NCBI RefSeq assembly: GCF_009914755.1
Contig: NC_060926.1
Direction: 5' to 3' (one strand)
From: the human T2T-CHM13v2.0 reference genome, Homo sapiens
Length of the DNA stretch: 64,000 nt
Below, piece by piece: positions 1-14,699 of this stretch (position 1 is its first letter; each line of letters opens with the position of its first letter). The position numbers and the translations under genes are program-made. The notes beneath the pieces were generated by a model. That model did not search any database, was not told where the DNA came from, and saw only the letters and a list, made by a program, of their open reading frames with translations.

Positions 1-247
1 AGTGGCAAGATCTCGGCTCACTGCAGCCTCCACCTCCTGGGTTCAAGCAATTCTCGTGTGCCTCAGTCTCCTGAGTAGCTGGGATTACAGGCGTGCACCA
101 CAACACCCGTCTAATTTTGGTATTTTTAGTAGAGATGGGTTTTTGCCATGTTGGTTAGGCTGGTCTTGAACTCTTGGGCTCAAGTGATCCACTCGCCCTA
201 GCCTCCCAAAGTACTGGGATTACAGGCGTGAGCCGCTGCACCAGGCT
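1..247 (-). mobile_element. Alu (cut by window edge)
   Basis: Antisense Alu consensus (ctcggctcactgcagcctcc...gggattacaggcgtgagcc). Confidence 0.95.
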
Positions 248-633
248 AACATAGAATTATTTAAAAAGAAAATTGCTGTCAGCAACTATAGGACCTAGGC
301 AATAGTGTGAAGAATGCATACTTTAAAGAGAACCAGAATATCAGTGAAGCATGTCTCACATAATCCATTTAAATCTGAGTGCCAATGGGAAAAGATTTGT
401 GGTTCAAGAAAGCAAAGTTATGACTGAAATCCTAATTATTTTAGTTAATTTTTTTTCTGAGTCAAAACCTTTACAAAATAAGGTGTCTTGAAGATTGTTT
501 CAAATGTGAGATTTACCTAAATGTTACCCATCACATCCTTTGCCAAAACAATATTCCACAAATGATACCAGTATTTCAATAGCTTCTCAACCTTGCTCTT
601 ACTGGTCTCCTTTCTTGATTTAGTACTCCAGAG

Positions 634-961
634 CAGATCAGCAAACATTTTGTGTCAGCAGTGAGATAGTGCCCATGTTCGCTTTGCCGGACATTTGCCC
701 TCTGTTGCAGCTACTCAACTATGCCATTGTCACGTGAAAACACTCTTACACAATATATAAACACATGAGTGGGAATTTGTTCCAGTAAAACTTTATTTAT
801 GAATGCCAATACTTGAATTTTATATAATTTCCAAATGTCACAAAATATTATTCTGTTTTTTATTATGTTGAACCCATTAGAAATATAAAAGCCAATATTC
901 GTGGGTTGTCCCAATCTGGAGGATTCGATTTGGCCCTTGGGCCATAGCTTGCTGACCCCTG
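634..961 (+). mobile_element. MER58B-like hAT-Charlie MITE
   Basis: TIR-like ends cagatcagcaaac...gcttgctgacccctg, internal gctactcaact/aaaactttattt motifs, degenerate 8-bp TSD ctccagag/ctttaggg. Confidence 0.8.
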
Positions 962-1013
962 CTTTAGGGCACTAAAGGAAGCAAACATTTGTGTCTTAAA
1001 AATATCATCATTT

Positions 1014-1256
1014 GGCCAGGTGAGGTGGCTCACACCTGTAATCCCAGAACTTTGGGAGGCTGAAGCAGATGGATGCACTTGAGGCCAGGTATTTGAGACC
1101 AGCCTGGGCAACATGGAAAACCCCATCTCTACTAAAAAATAGAAAACTTAGCTGGATGTGGTGGCGCCCGCCTGTAATCCCAGCTACTCAGGAAGCTGAG
1201 GCATGAGAATCGCTGGAACCTGGGAGGCAGTGGTTGCATGAACCGAGATCACATCA
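1014..1256 (+). mobile_element. Alu, 3'-truncated, no poly(A) tail
   Basis: ggccaggtgaggtggctcacacctgtaatccc...gaaccgagatcac, then unique sequence. Confidence 0.92.
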
Positions 1257-2459
1257 TCTCATTTAGGTTTAGTATTCCAAAACAATTCTCAGAATCAGCA
1301 GGAATGTGCTTTCTGCTTGTCCCTTTGATCTCAGATCACAACTCAGGTCCACTCCAGAGGTGCCCCTCATACCTAACTGTGGGCCAGAACCACTCACTGT
1401 CACAACCTGTCTTTCAACACCTTCATTTCAGGCCAAACTGGACTTCCCAACATCTCATCTTTCTCCCTTGTCCTTTCTGTTTTTAGGGATGATTATGCAA
1501 TAGTCTTGTTGTCTGACAATTGCATTTATCTCAACATAGTCAGAGGCAGATTTTTATTTACCGAAGCTAAAGAAGTTTGTATGGACCCTTTCTGAAGCTC
1601 TGTTACTAGTCTGACATTTGTAATTTTGTAGGGTTTTATGTTTTCACCCTTAATCACACAATAGTTGTTTAAGCTTTAAACTCCACAAAGTCTGGCTCTG
1701 CCATGCCTACAGCATATTACCTAAATTGATTGCTGTAAGATTTTCCCCTTTCTCCCACCATTTTCTTGAAGCTTTCCTCTTACTATCTAGAAGACAGGTA
1801 GCAATTATACCCAGTGGGGATGAGAATTCCCACTGTTCTCCATTATCCCACTCAAATAACATAATATGTCTAATTAAAAGATGGCAGAGAGAGAAAGAAT
1901 GGGAACTTACCAGTTGAATAATAAAAGACAGTGTGCCTCTTACACTTAGTTATTTCTTTTCTTTATTCATTATTTTGGTTTTATTAAATTTATCATTACT
2001 TGACAAAGAGAGTTAACTGATTTGATTTTACTGTAAATAAATGTTAATCAACAAACAGATGGAACTGTACAATGACTACATGTGGCACAGTGGCATTATA
2101 ATGAGGTGTAATGCCACTTTATTTTATTATTATTATTATTATTATTATTTTGCAGTTAATGCTTAATTGTCCAACCCTAGAGAACAAGGTCAGCCTAACA
2201 AGCAGCGCCCGTTCATCTGATGGCAAAACAGCTACAACAGGATTCATGAGGGGCCTTGAAAGGCCCTTTACAACTGCCTGTTCTCTGAGAACAGTAACGG
2301 GAGCATCATGCTTTCAGCATGGGGCAATGGAGCCAGAGAAATGTGGAATCTTCCCTATGTGTTCAGCCACAGGCCAGCTCAAGCAAAGGCCACTTGGCTA
2401 TGGAACCCTGAAATGGTGGGCACTGCTATGAAGTCTGTTCTTAAAAACTATTGCTGGAA

Positions 2460-2663
2460 CAGAGTTTTTCAGCCTTAGCCCTATGGACATTTTGGACCAG
2501 AAAATTCTTCATTGCGGAGGATTGGGGATGCTGTGTTGTGAATTATAAGATGTTTATCAGCCTGCCTGGCTTCTACCCACTAGATGCAACTGCACCAAAA
2601 ATTGCCTCTAAACATTGCCCATTAGGGGTAGGAGCAGAAATCACCCCCAATTTAGAACAACTG
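2460..2663. mobile_element. MER20 DNA transposon
   Basis: ggacattttggaccag...ctggcttctacccactagatgc...aaatcaccccc...gaacaactg matches the MER20 consensus pattern. Confidence 0.8.
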
Positions 2664-5114
2664 TTCACTATCTTACTGTTTTCCCCCCGCAACGTAAATC
2701 CCTTGGCAAGGCAAGGAATTAGAGAGAAGGAGGGCAGGCAGAATTCAGGTGATAATTCTGCTGAAGCATTTGGAGAATGTTTTCCCACTCTTAGAATTGC
2801 ATTGAGAGACCATTTCTAAACATGTTAGAAGAATAAGCCTTACTTCTTCAGGTTCATAGCCCACAGCTCAGGGTTACATACTTAGAATCATAGAATTTTG
2901 AAACGGAAAAGATCTTAGAGATTAGCTGGTTTAAATAATTACGTAATGCATCAAATATTTTAACTCCTCCAAACTAAGCATGCTACAGATGTTTGTTTGT
3001 CACTAGGACACCATAGCTGTGCTAGAGAGAGATGACCAGATCTTTCCATTATGAAGTATCTAGAATAGCATCACATGCAAAGTAAAAATAAAAAATGGAC
3101 AACACCGGCCCTGGGTGCAATTTGGGGTGAGGAGGGAACACCATTCATGGGGGTTGGGTCCATAATGATTTAAAACGCCAGAATATGGTCCAGCCTCACA
3201 GCTAGAAAACCAAGCAAAGGCGATGGGAGATGAACGGCAAAAAACTGTTCAGAGATATTAAGCTACTGCTGGCTGCCATCACAGCCTTTTTAACAAAAAA
3301 AAAATATTCACAGGTCTGTTGCTTGGCCAGAAAACCTTGTTTCATTTATACAGTATTTCTCCCTCCTAGTGACACATCCTGTATTCATTTGCCTGAGATG
3401 GTCCACTTAAGTGAAAGTAAACCAAAGGAAAGCCATCCAGAAAACAAATCACCCAGCAGTTTGCTTATCCATTTTTCATAAACATCAGGACTACCTGCTT
3501 CTAAACAAAAGACAAAACAGTCGCTACAGGATGAAAGATGAAGGAAACTGGAATCTCATTTTCCTCCTTTTGGCCTGTAATGTAGAAAAGTAACTATTGG
3601 GGGAGCTCCAAGAGCTTCCTCTTCTCCAATTTTACTGGGTACGACTTCAGCTGGAAAAGTAACACCCCCACCCTTACTCTTTTCCCACCTCTTCCCTTCA
3701 TTGTTTCTGGCATGGGGGTGAGGCTGGGAGTGACTCATCTCATTAGAGAATTTGGGAAAAGTACTCTGTCCTCAGCTCCACCCACTCTCAGACCTGTCTA
3801 TCTGCCTATCTGCCTATCTGCCTACCTGTCTGCCTGCACAGTGTCCTTCCAACAACCTTAGCAGGGCAGGCGGAGAGGCTGCAGGTAGCCGCTGGGCTGC
3901 AAGTGTCACTGAAGCAAGCCCTTTTGGCCACAGATATAAAGCTCACATCCTTCCATCAGCTTATCAGCAAAAAGCTGACAGACATTCAGATTTCCTTTGT
4001 CTTCTGTGTCAACTGGTTTTCAACCCAGAAGGGGAGCAAAAGGGTGTTTATTAACCCCCTAAGACCCCAGGAGTAAGATTTGGGTTAGGATTGTTTAAAT
4101 AACCTTGTGAGAACACAGGCCCATTCACACCACATTCTACAATTAAATGATCAAAGCCCAGTTCAATCTCCATCTCCATGCCCAGATACTCACATAATCT
4201 GGTCTCATAAATGGGGAGAATGCCAAGCTGAATACATGAATGCCATTCATTATCTCCTAATTTTAAAGGAAAGCAACTTTCTACTTTCAGGAGTAGGATT
4301 CTCCCTGCTTTTTAGTACTGGCTCTGACATTAGCATGGGTGAGTCACCTCACCTTCATGGAGCTGCTCCTCAACTCTTAAAGTCTCAAAGGTGGTGAACA
4401 TAGGACCCAAGAATTCTAGCAGGTTTTGCGTGATTGATTTGATTTATCATTTCTAACATATTACTGATGAGAGAAAGAACCCTGTGAAAACAGAGCAAAG
4501 ATGGAGAACCACTAACTTTTGTAGCCTCCAGGTGCTAAATGCTAACATTCATTAATTCTATGTATTCCTTATAGAGTGAGACACCATTGCCTATAGTGGT
4601 CCTCAAGGAATTTAATTTAATGAAATGATAGGAGCAATTGCAATTAGAACATAATTGTGTGTATGTAAATATGCTTAGGGGAGCTTCGATAGAGTTTACG
4701 GTTGCTACATTCACCCGAATTTTGGCCTACATTATTAATTTGCACTACTATGAAGAAAGGGTTTGTTAATCAAAGATAAACTATCCTGATGACTTGAATT
4801 AGAGAACTTCAAATTATGATAGGATAATGAAGCAGTGCTCTGCACATATACAATTCTCTACTAAGTGAAAGCTTTCTGGCTGGCCACATAGGAGGTCTCC
4901 TTATTGAAAGATTTATTTTTAATTTTGAACAGCTTCCCAGCATTACCCTTCATGAAAATTAAAATAAGGAGCTGGAATTTTGTCCTGTTCAGCAAACCTC
5001 CTTGGCAGGACTACATGCCATGGCAAAGAAAACCTTATTGTGTCAGAGTAATTCTCTGTCTGCTTTTCTCCTAAATCTAGAAGAATTATACCTACATTTA
5101 AAATAAAACTTCAT

Positions 5115-5138
5115 CCCACCCCACCCCACCCCACCCCC
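5115..5138 (-). repeat. (GGGGT)n G-quadruplex-forming tract on the transcribed sense strand
   Basis: cccaccccaccccaccccaccccc on +, i.e. five G-runs with 1-nt loops on -. Confidence 0.75.
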
Positions 5139-6456
5139 GGAAATGTTTTTGCATTTTCTTCTTTTGGAGGATTTTAGTGTGTCTTCTTTGTGCTCTCTGG
5201 ACCTTTTGCCCCAGTAGGTGTTGACATAACTTCTTGGCTCAAATCCCTACGTGTACAGGGGGTCATAGAAGTCTCCCCCAAAATCTGTGGGAGCCAAGCC
5301 TGTCCTCAGCGCATCTCCCACAGGCTTTTCTCTGCCAAGGAGAATGACTTCACCTTTTACAGATGAGGCTCCAAAAGTCCATCCCTACTTATAATTCGGT
5401 TAAGAAAATGATGTAGTGCTTGCGAATGAATAGCCAAAAAGGTAGAAGGGGGCTGCATGTAAGAATACTGATTGGATCATCAACCAGATTCTCCAGACGG
5501 TGCAGAAATCGTTCTGCATTGCATCAGCTCCTAATTCAGAGAGACCAGCAGCACCGATGCGTGTTCCCAGGATCTGTATGTAATATTTCCATTGCATTCT
5601 TCCAAAAGAGAACTAATAAACTGTTGGCAATCACAGAGTACTCATGTTTCTATCAAAAACTCCTAAATCATACTAGTCTTTGTAGAAAAATAAAACTAAT
5701 GACTGCGAACAGTGTTCACAACCTAAAAATTCAGAATTAAAAGACAAAGGCCTAGCTGGATGACCCGTTCACATTAGATATTTTAAAAGACTGTTCACAT
5801 TTGCAGAGCTGAAGATACATTCCGGTAAGACTTGCCATTCTAGCCCCTGCTCAAAACCTTCCCCAAGTCTTAACTTTTTATTTATTCCAAAGAGTTCAGG
5901 GCAAAATGGAAAAATAATGGCTTTGGATTGGGACACTGGAATAGTTTTCACTTATAGGATCAATTAGTACAGATATTTTACTAAACTATTGAGTGCACTT
6001 ACTGAAACATTCATTTAAAAGAAAAGTGCAGTTAGAGGCGATAGGATTGTTGGCAATTTATAATCCTTTTCTGGCTATGTTTTCTATCCCAAGAGCCTCA
6101 CAAAGAATAAGCCACTCTAACTCTGTTTCCCTTCTCCTCTCTAACTCTCCAGAAATAAAAAAGCCGGCAACGTAAAACTCCTGGAGGGGTGGTAACTTTT
6201 TCAGGGAAGGAGTACAGATGAGTAAGTCAGAAGCGAAAGCCTAGAAACCTAGATTTTCAAAATATTTGATATTCAAGATTTCATGACAGTTCTGCGATTA
6301 ACTCAGTAGAAACACTTCATGAACAGGAAATGTTTTCTAGTCATCTGTATTAGCAGAAAGTGATGTAGGAATTGGAGGAGACTGGCCGCCCCACCCTCCG
6401 CCCCACCCTCCCAGCCCCCACGTCAATCAAGAAATCAACTATAAAAGTAGCTGCAA

Positions 6457-6787
<331 letters not shown>

Positions 6788-7040
6788 CTATAGACACAAA
6801 GATGTACATGGAGGTTCTAGTATAGGTCCACCTAGATCATTTATAATATTTTACATTAAAGCATAAGATCAAAACTATTGCTGCTAATGCTTTTGTTAGA
6901 AAATATAACAAATACCAAAAGAGCACTCTGCATTGGTAAAAATCAATTTTATAATTGTACATAATCTATAAGTGCTCTGATGTCCAGCCATGGACATCAT
7001 AATTCAAATGACTGAGATGAATCCCATCCAGCATGGAGTG

Positions 7041-7281
7041 ACTCAGCTCACTGCAACCTCTGACTGCTGGGCTCAAGCAATCCTCCCACCTGAGCCTCCT
7101 GAGTAGCTGGGACTACAGGTTTGTACCACCATGCCTAGCTAATTTTTGTATTTTTTTTGTAGAGATGGGGTGTCATCGTGTTGCCCAGTCTGGTCTTGAT
7201 CAAACTCTCAGGCTCAAGTGATCCACCTGCCCTGGCCTCCCAAAGTGCTGGGATTACACGTGTAAGCCACCGTGCCCAGCC
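7041..7281 (-). mobile_element. AluJ-like, lacks 3' end and tail
   Basis: ctcagctcactgcaacctc...gggctcaag...cgtgcccagcc. Confidence 0.92.
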
Positions 7282-7414
7282 CCTAAGTATCTTTTACATT
7301 ATAACGCAGCTCCCAGGCTTGATTGATTCTATTTCAATTATAGCAATTTATTATAATTCATTATTTTAAGCCTTTTCTCTGTATACATTCAGATCATACA
7401 ATAAAGTAGATTCA

Positions 7415-7780
<366 letters not shown>

Positions 7781-8569
7781 TCATCACACCAAGAACCGAA
7801 ATACCCTTTTGGAATCTCTCAGAGTTTGTATTATTTTCTGCAGCTCTCCAAAGCAAGGCAAACCCACTTGGCAAAGAAAGCAAAAAGCAAATCAAGCCAG
7901 CATAAAAGATCTTTTAAAAGAACAATATAATAGAAGGCTGTTACGTGAGTGTCATTCTCTTTCCCGCGCAAACAAACAAGGCATCGGTTGTCACTTTGAG
8001 ATGTGCAGCAACTCTCCAGCAAATGGGCTCCAAGCCCAGGCTTTCCCTATGAAGTGGCAGAAAAATATCATAATTTATCTGTTCCATCTTATCATCTAAA
8101 AAAATGAAAGTGATTCTAGTTCCCAGGGCCGTTGTGAGACTCTGATAAATTAATAGTTATATACCACTTCTGAAGGTAAATTATAATTCCTAAGTACAGC
8201 ATGTCATCAATAGCAAATAAAATTAACAGAACTGTAGAAATGTGCCTCTGCAGTTCAACATGGCAGCGGAGGGTTAAGCTGTTTATGGGTAATTAGTACG
8301 AACTGGTTTAACGCGGTTGCAGAGATGTTGAAGATACAGCTGTGGCGAGATGGCAGGGGTTTTGTTCAAGGCTCCCAGACCCCTCCTCCTGCCCTTTAAC
8401 TCGTGCATTCCCAGCAACATCAAAGAGTTTCTGAAATATGGGTGATGGCAGTGGTTGTTATGAAACAGAACAACTGATTACCGACAACATACTGGTTGGT
8501 TAAAAAATAATATTAATAATAAAAAATAAGACTATAGATCATGATGAAACTCTTGTTTCTTGATGTAGA

Positions 8570-8571
<2 letters not shown>

Positions 8572-8607
<36 letters not shown>
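8572..8607. repeat. (TG)18 microsatellite replacing an Alu tail
   Basis: Perfect TG run abutting the Alu 3' end. Confidence 0.97.
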
Positions 8608-8871
<264 letters not shown>

Positions 8872-11518
8872 TGATTGGTCTTAATAGGGCAAAAAAATTG
8901 TGACACAAACTGCTTTCAAGTGGAAGAATCAGGCTGGGAGAAGGGAGAGGGAATTTTCTTGGTCTGAACCAGTTCCAAAGGCTTAAAAGGTAGCTGCCAC
9001 ACTCAAACGAGACATAGCTACTCAGTTTGACAGTTGGAAAGCTATTTCTTTCCCATTTCAGTCTTCCAAGAGATGAGCAAAATGAGTTTTAAGAAAAATT
9101 TGAGGTTTCTAGATCACTGTTATCTATACTACTTCTAATGTAATTGAGATGGCTACTTTGCAGGAAATTAGTACAAGTTTCTCAGGAAAAGAAAGTTAAC
9201 AGGAGGCTTGCATGAACTTGGATGAGCTTTACCTAGTCTACCACAATGAAACATACTGTTCAAAATGGCTGTCGAGATAGAATTGGAAGAGGTAACCTAT
9301 AAATAAGAAATCATATTCAATATTTATTACATAGCTTGCAGTGATTAATGGCCAATTATTTTTTAGTGGTAACATTTAATAAGGGTAATTCACTCTCCTT
9401 TTCTCTTTATCCCACTTATTGAAGACTTTATTTTAACAAGGTAAGCAGGACTTCCCAAACTCCCCTCAGGACTAATTACCAACAACCTCTTTAAGCATTA
9501 AGATCAGCTCCCCATCCTGTGAAACTTAGAAAAATGCAAACCTTTAAAACATTTCACAAAAGTATTGTAAAATTTGTATTAAAGGGAAGATTACTTCACA
9601 TAAGTCCTCAGAGAGAAAATACAAATTTCTTTCTTGTTTAGATTTCAAAACTGCATTTACAGTTTTTAGCATGGTAACTGGAATATAATGACAAATGAAT
9701 GCTTTTTGAATAAATGAAGTACATAAAATCACCGACTCTAAGAGCTACATAGGATGTTAAAATCATTTGGACAAATACCCTTATTTTAAAGACGAGGAAG
9801 CTGAGATCTGGAAAGTAAATCTAATAATACTGAAAGTTCATGCAATCTAATTAGTGACAGAATTTGACTGAAATCCAAAAGTACTATCTGCCATTTGGAG
9901 TTATTTTTATTCCACCATGTGTTCCTCACTAAAGGTATAATGATAACAAAAGGAAAAATTTCAGCCAGTTTGAGAAGGCAAACATGGAGGTGGCAGTGAG
10001 CTATCTTCAGCCCTGTTTTAATTCTGTAATGCTTGCCACCATAGTGAAATCCATTACTAGTCTGCAGCTGAAGCTGACCAGGGCTTGGTTTATCAAATGG
10101 GTCAGTCATTGGTTCTTCTTTTGCTGTGACTTCCAGGGTTAAATAAGAGTGACTCTGAAATCCATTAACCTCCTTGCCAAGGTTCCTGGTCCACTTTCAC
10201 ATGGGAAAATGTGACACAATGAATCAAGCACCACAGAAGCAAAAAGTCAGTAATTAGTATGTAGGACGGGGCACGGCAGTGTCTAAACAGAGAAGAAATG
10301 GAGCAGAAAACTAAATGGTTTCAGGACTCAGAGATATAGCACTTCCACGTGGAAAAAAAAATGACAAAGATGCTGCAGGATTTCAAAATGGAGGGCTGGC
10401 ACGAAAACACGTGCTAAGCTAGGGCAGCCTTCTTCCTGTGGGCAGCGATTCTGAAGGAAGGCTCTGGGTTGGATGCTCAAGACTGAGAATTAGGCAAATT
10501 CAAGTTCAGTGCTGGTAAATCGTACTGCGTATGTTTTATGCTTTGCTATCATAGAGAGTGACAGCTTTGTGGGGACACTGTCGCTGCCTCGAAATTGGAG
10601 TATAACGAAGTCATATGATAGAGGGGAAAACAAAGTATAGAAAATCCATCCAATATGACTATGATGTTGGTTTGGAAAAAAACCTGGGAGAGGACACACG
10701 CTTTACAAATTAAAATCATAATGTGGTATGCTGTGCTTGTGGGATTGTGGTTTCTTTTTTTTTGTTTCCCTGCCAATTAAAAGATTACAAATATATAAGT
10801 GTGTTTCTCATTTAAAGGGAGGGCCCATCTCCTCTTTAGGAGGAGGAGAATAAAAGTATTCTATTCTCAAGACATTGAGAAACAAATATGGGCTTGAATA
10901 TAGCCAAAAGCCAATCTGGGCCTGTAGTTATACCGAACTGCAGCATCTTAGTAAACAATTACCTACAGAGATGGCTAAAAAGAAGAGAAAACTGGTATTC
11001 TGAGTAATCTGAGCTCTCTTTTAATAAATACAAGGCATCCAGAAGTAAAAAACCTAACTCCGATTATTTTCTCTTTCATTTATGTAAGTATTGTGTCTGG
11101 CTATTTAGAAGCAATTAAATTTCTGACAGAGTGATTGTCTTTGTCATCAGAAATATGTCCACCTGCGAGTAAGTCTCCAATTACAAATATGAGGTTTATA
11201 ACAAAAAAGGGCTAACTGTTGTACTTGTTCTAATTTTCTAGTCTCCACATCTGAATCGACCTACTGAGTACATACACCCATCGGGTAGCTTGAGGGTCAT
11301 TGTGAATGGCAAGATTTTGTTTTCAAAACTACCCACTACTAGCCTCAATACAGGACTGGCATAACACCAGTCCTTATGCTTATGTCATTGTTTGACATTT
11401 CAGTTCCTTATTTCCTTTCCTGCTTTGTTTGTAACATATAATGGTGTCTTGCTACTTAGACACCATTCCATGTCTGTTTCTATCACCAGTATATGTGCTC
11501 CTCAAGAATTGATGTCTT

Positions 11519-11938
<420 letters not shown>

Positions 11939-12708
11939 AAAAACTAATGAAGTCCTTTAATGCATCTTATACCCAGTGTTATGAAGTGTGTGAACTATGC
12001 AGCCTTCTCCGAGCCAAAGCTGTACTAGTCAACTTTTCACATACAGATTCATTAGCTTTATACCTGTGAAGTAGTAACTCAGTGTAACTAGTTTGTTTCA
12101 ATTGCCTCTTTTTTTCATGGTTTAGAATTACTTTGGAAAAAGTAGAAAGGGCTATATATAAAATATTAGTGGTTACTTCTGCTGGGAGAGATTGTGAATC
12201 ATTCATTTATTCAAAAACATTTATGGTGTATCTAGTGTTTATCACCTGCTTTAGAGGAGAGAGGAAAAATATTCTTATTCATTTTGATAACTTCCTGATA
12301 GTTGCCTAGATAGTTGCAGGAATGGATAGGGAACCTAGGGAAAAAGGCAGAGACTCAAGGAAACTAAATAGGGATTATATGTGCAGTGGATGTCAGAGCA
12401 AGCACCTGCCTTGTCCTGTTTTTACAGCTGTGTAACCAGCGACGGCTGGGAATTTGAAATGTGGGTTCTATCAAATAAGGTTTTATCAAATTGGGATTGG
12501 TTATTACACTTTTCTTCCTCCACCTTGATTTCAGGAGGTGATTTACTCAGACATGAAAGCTTTATCTCTGGGGAAAACTTTATCTCTGAAGAAGCTTAAT
12601 TTTAACATTTCTAAAGGTAGACAGGTATTTTCCATATTAGTCTTTATGGAACAACAGCTTTTGCCTTTAATTTTAATTTTTTCACCCAAATCAAGACATT
12701 CTAAAATA

Positions 12709-12779
12709 TTAGATTGGTACAAAAGTAATGGTGGTTTTTGTCATTACTTTTAATGGTAACTACTTTTGTACCAACCTCA
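12709..12779. mobile_element. MADE1 (Hsmar1-derived MITE)
   Basis: ttagattggtacaaaagta...tacttttgtaccaacctca palindromic structure with TA on both sides. Confidence 0.9.
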
Positions 12780-13058
12780 TATAAATTAATCAAATGCTGA
12801 GGTGTATTTAAGGGAACATAAACACCCTTCCTTCACGTTTTTGGTTGTATTTGTAAATTTCCCATGAAATTCACATATAAGCCCAGGATTCTCTCTGTGC
12901 CTGCACCCAAAAATGAAAATAGCATGTTCAACTATTTTAAAGTTTTCATATTTAGTATGCCCTTTACATTTGTAATATAATTTAGTGGCCCAGATATTAA
13001 TGGTAATCCCAGAAATAGAAGTCAAATGCAATAATCTTTAGTTTATAAATCTTTTGCA

Positions 13059-13255
13059 CAGGGACCAGCATAATTTCTCTGTAAAGAAATTTTATGATCT
13101 GGCCAGAAAATAAATATTTTAGGCTTTATGGGCCATCTGCTCCCTGCAGCAACTACTCAACTCTGTAATTCTATCTCCAAAGAAGCCATAGACAATACCT
13201 TAACAAATGAGCATGGCTGTGCTCCAAGAAAACTTATTTGCAAAAATAGGTGGCC
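13059..13255 (+). mobile_element. MER58A-like hAT MITE
   Basis: taaatattttaggcttt...gcaactactcaactctg...gccatagacaat...gagcatggctgtg. Confidence 0.8.
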
Positions 13256-14699
13256 GTTAAAATTGACCTTCAGACCATTTCGTGCTATTGAAAATATGAT
13301 GAAAGCAAGGCATCTTCTTTTTAGGAAGATGCTCTCTGGCACCCTCAGAATTCTGCATGTAATTCTAGGAACTAAAAAGCCTATCTAAAAAGCTCAGTCC
13401 AGGAACCCCTGATTAACCTATGTATATAGCCCAGGTGACAACTCTGGCTGCTAAAGTCCAAGTTAGACCTACCTTTATTGACTAAGGAGGGAATAAAATG
13501 AGACATATGGCTTATTTCTTGAGTTTCTCATTGCTCTGAAAGAAACGGGCACTGAATTTCTTGCCATTATAGATACATTTAATGAACATCCATTCACTTC
13601 ACTGGTGTGAAATACTTTCTGCATCACACAGCAAGTACCAGAGAAAGGTGCTACAATGGGTAATTATTATTTTCTAGTGGGATGTCACCTCACATTCAGT
13701 TGACAGGAGTTTGACAGCATTAAGCCCCAAAGAAACTATAGCCACATGATAGTAGATACAAAGGACTATCATATCATATTATAAAATATCACGTCATATC
13801 ATGTTGTATTATAAAAGGAATCTTGATCTTCCTTTACCAACCATGTGCTCTTCTCTGGGAAAAAAAACAAGCTTCTGGAAATGAACCACATACTGTCAAT
13901 GTGACATTTAAGAACGGCAATATTCCAAGCATAAAAGAAAATTCCAGTAATTCCACATATCTTAATTCTTTCCTCCCATGGATTAGACTAAAATTTAATT
14001 CTTGAGTAGTTTAGAGAACACAGTTGCTGGCTTATGTCAAGATTTAAAGTAGCCCCTTTAGGACAAGCCAGTATTTACATATCCACATGAAATCTGTGTG
14101 AGCCTTAATAATGTCATTTAAAAGCCGTCAGCCAACACTAAACCTAAAGTCAGAAATGTCTCCAGTGTGTCTATAAGTTTGGTATAAACCATTCCATGGA
14201 AAGTCCAGGTACCCTATGTACTCTACCTCACACCCAAAGTCAGAGAAAATGCATTTCTTTATTCTTACAGGAAGCAACTGAAACTTCAGTAAAAGATGAA
14301 AACCTGCTATGATAATTGCGTTTTGAAATGGGTTTGGCAGAAATGGGTTCTGCCAAAGGGCTTAAATATATGTGGATATACGGTGTAACGTGCCATATAA
14401 ACCTAAAAGTTCTATTTCTCGTAACGACTGGAATTAAAGTGCCAACAGAATGCAAAACTGTGGAAAAAAGTAAGTCAACTTTAAAACTCACATTGTTAGC
14501 AAAATTTTGCACATGCAACTCAAAATACCTTGGAGCTGGTAGTTCTGCTTGGAATTCTCACTCCTGGCCCTTTGACTGACTGACTTCTTATCCCTGGAAT
14601 AGTTCTCATTCCTGACTACTCCATACAAACTGAAATCCTCCCTTTCCCTGTCCCAATGCACCCAATTGCATCACATTTTTAAAAATTTCCTTCTTAGGA

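Noticed and set aside
5400-5740. Overlapping ORFs and small inverted repeat tgcagaa/ttctgca as a possible retrocopy or extra exon
   Set aside because: No recognisable protein similarity, poly(A)/TSD or convincing splice pair.
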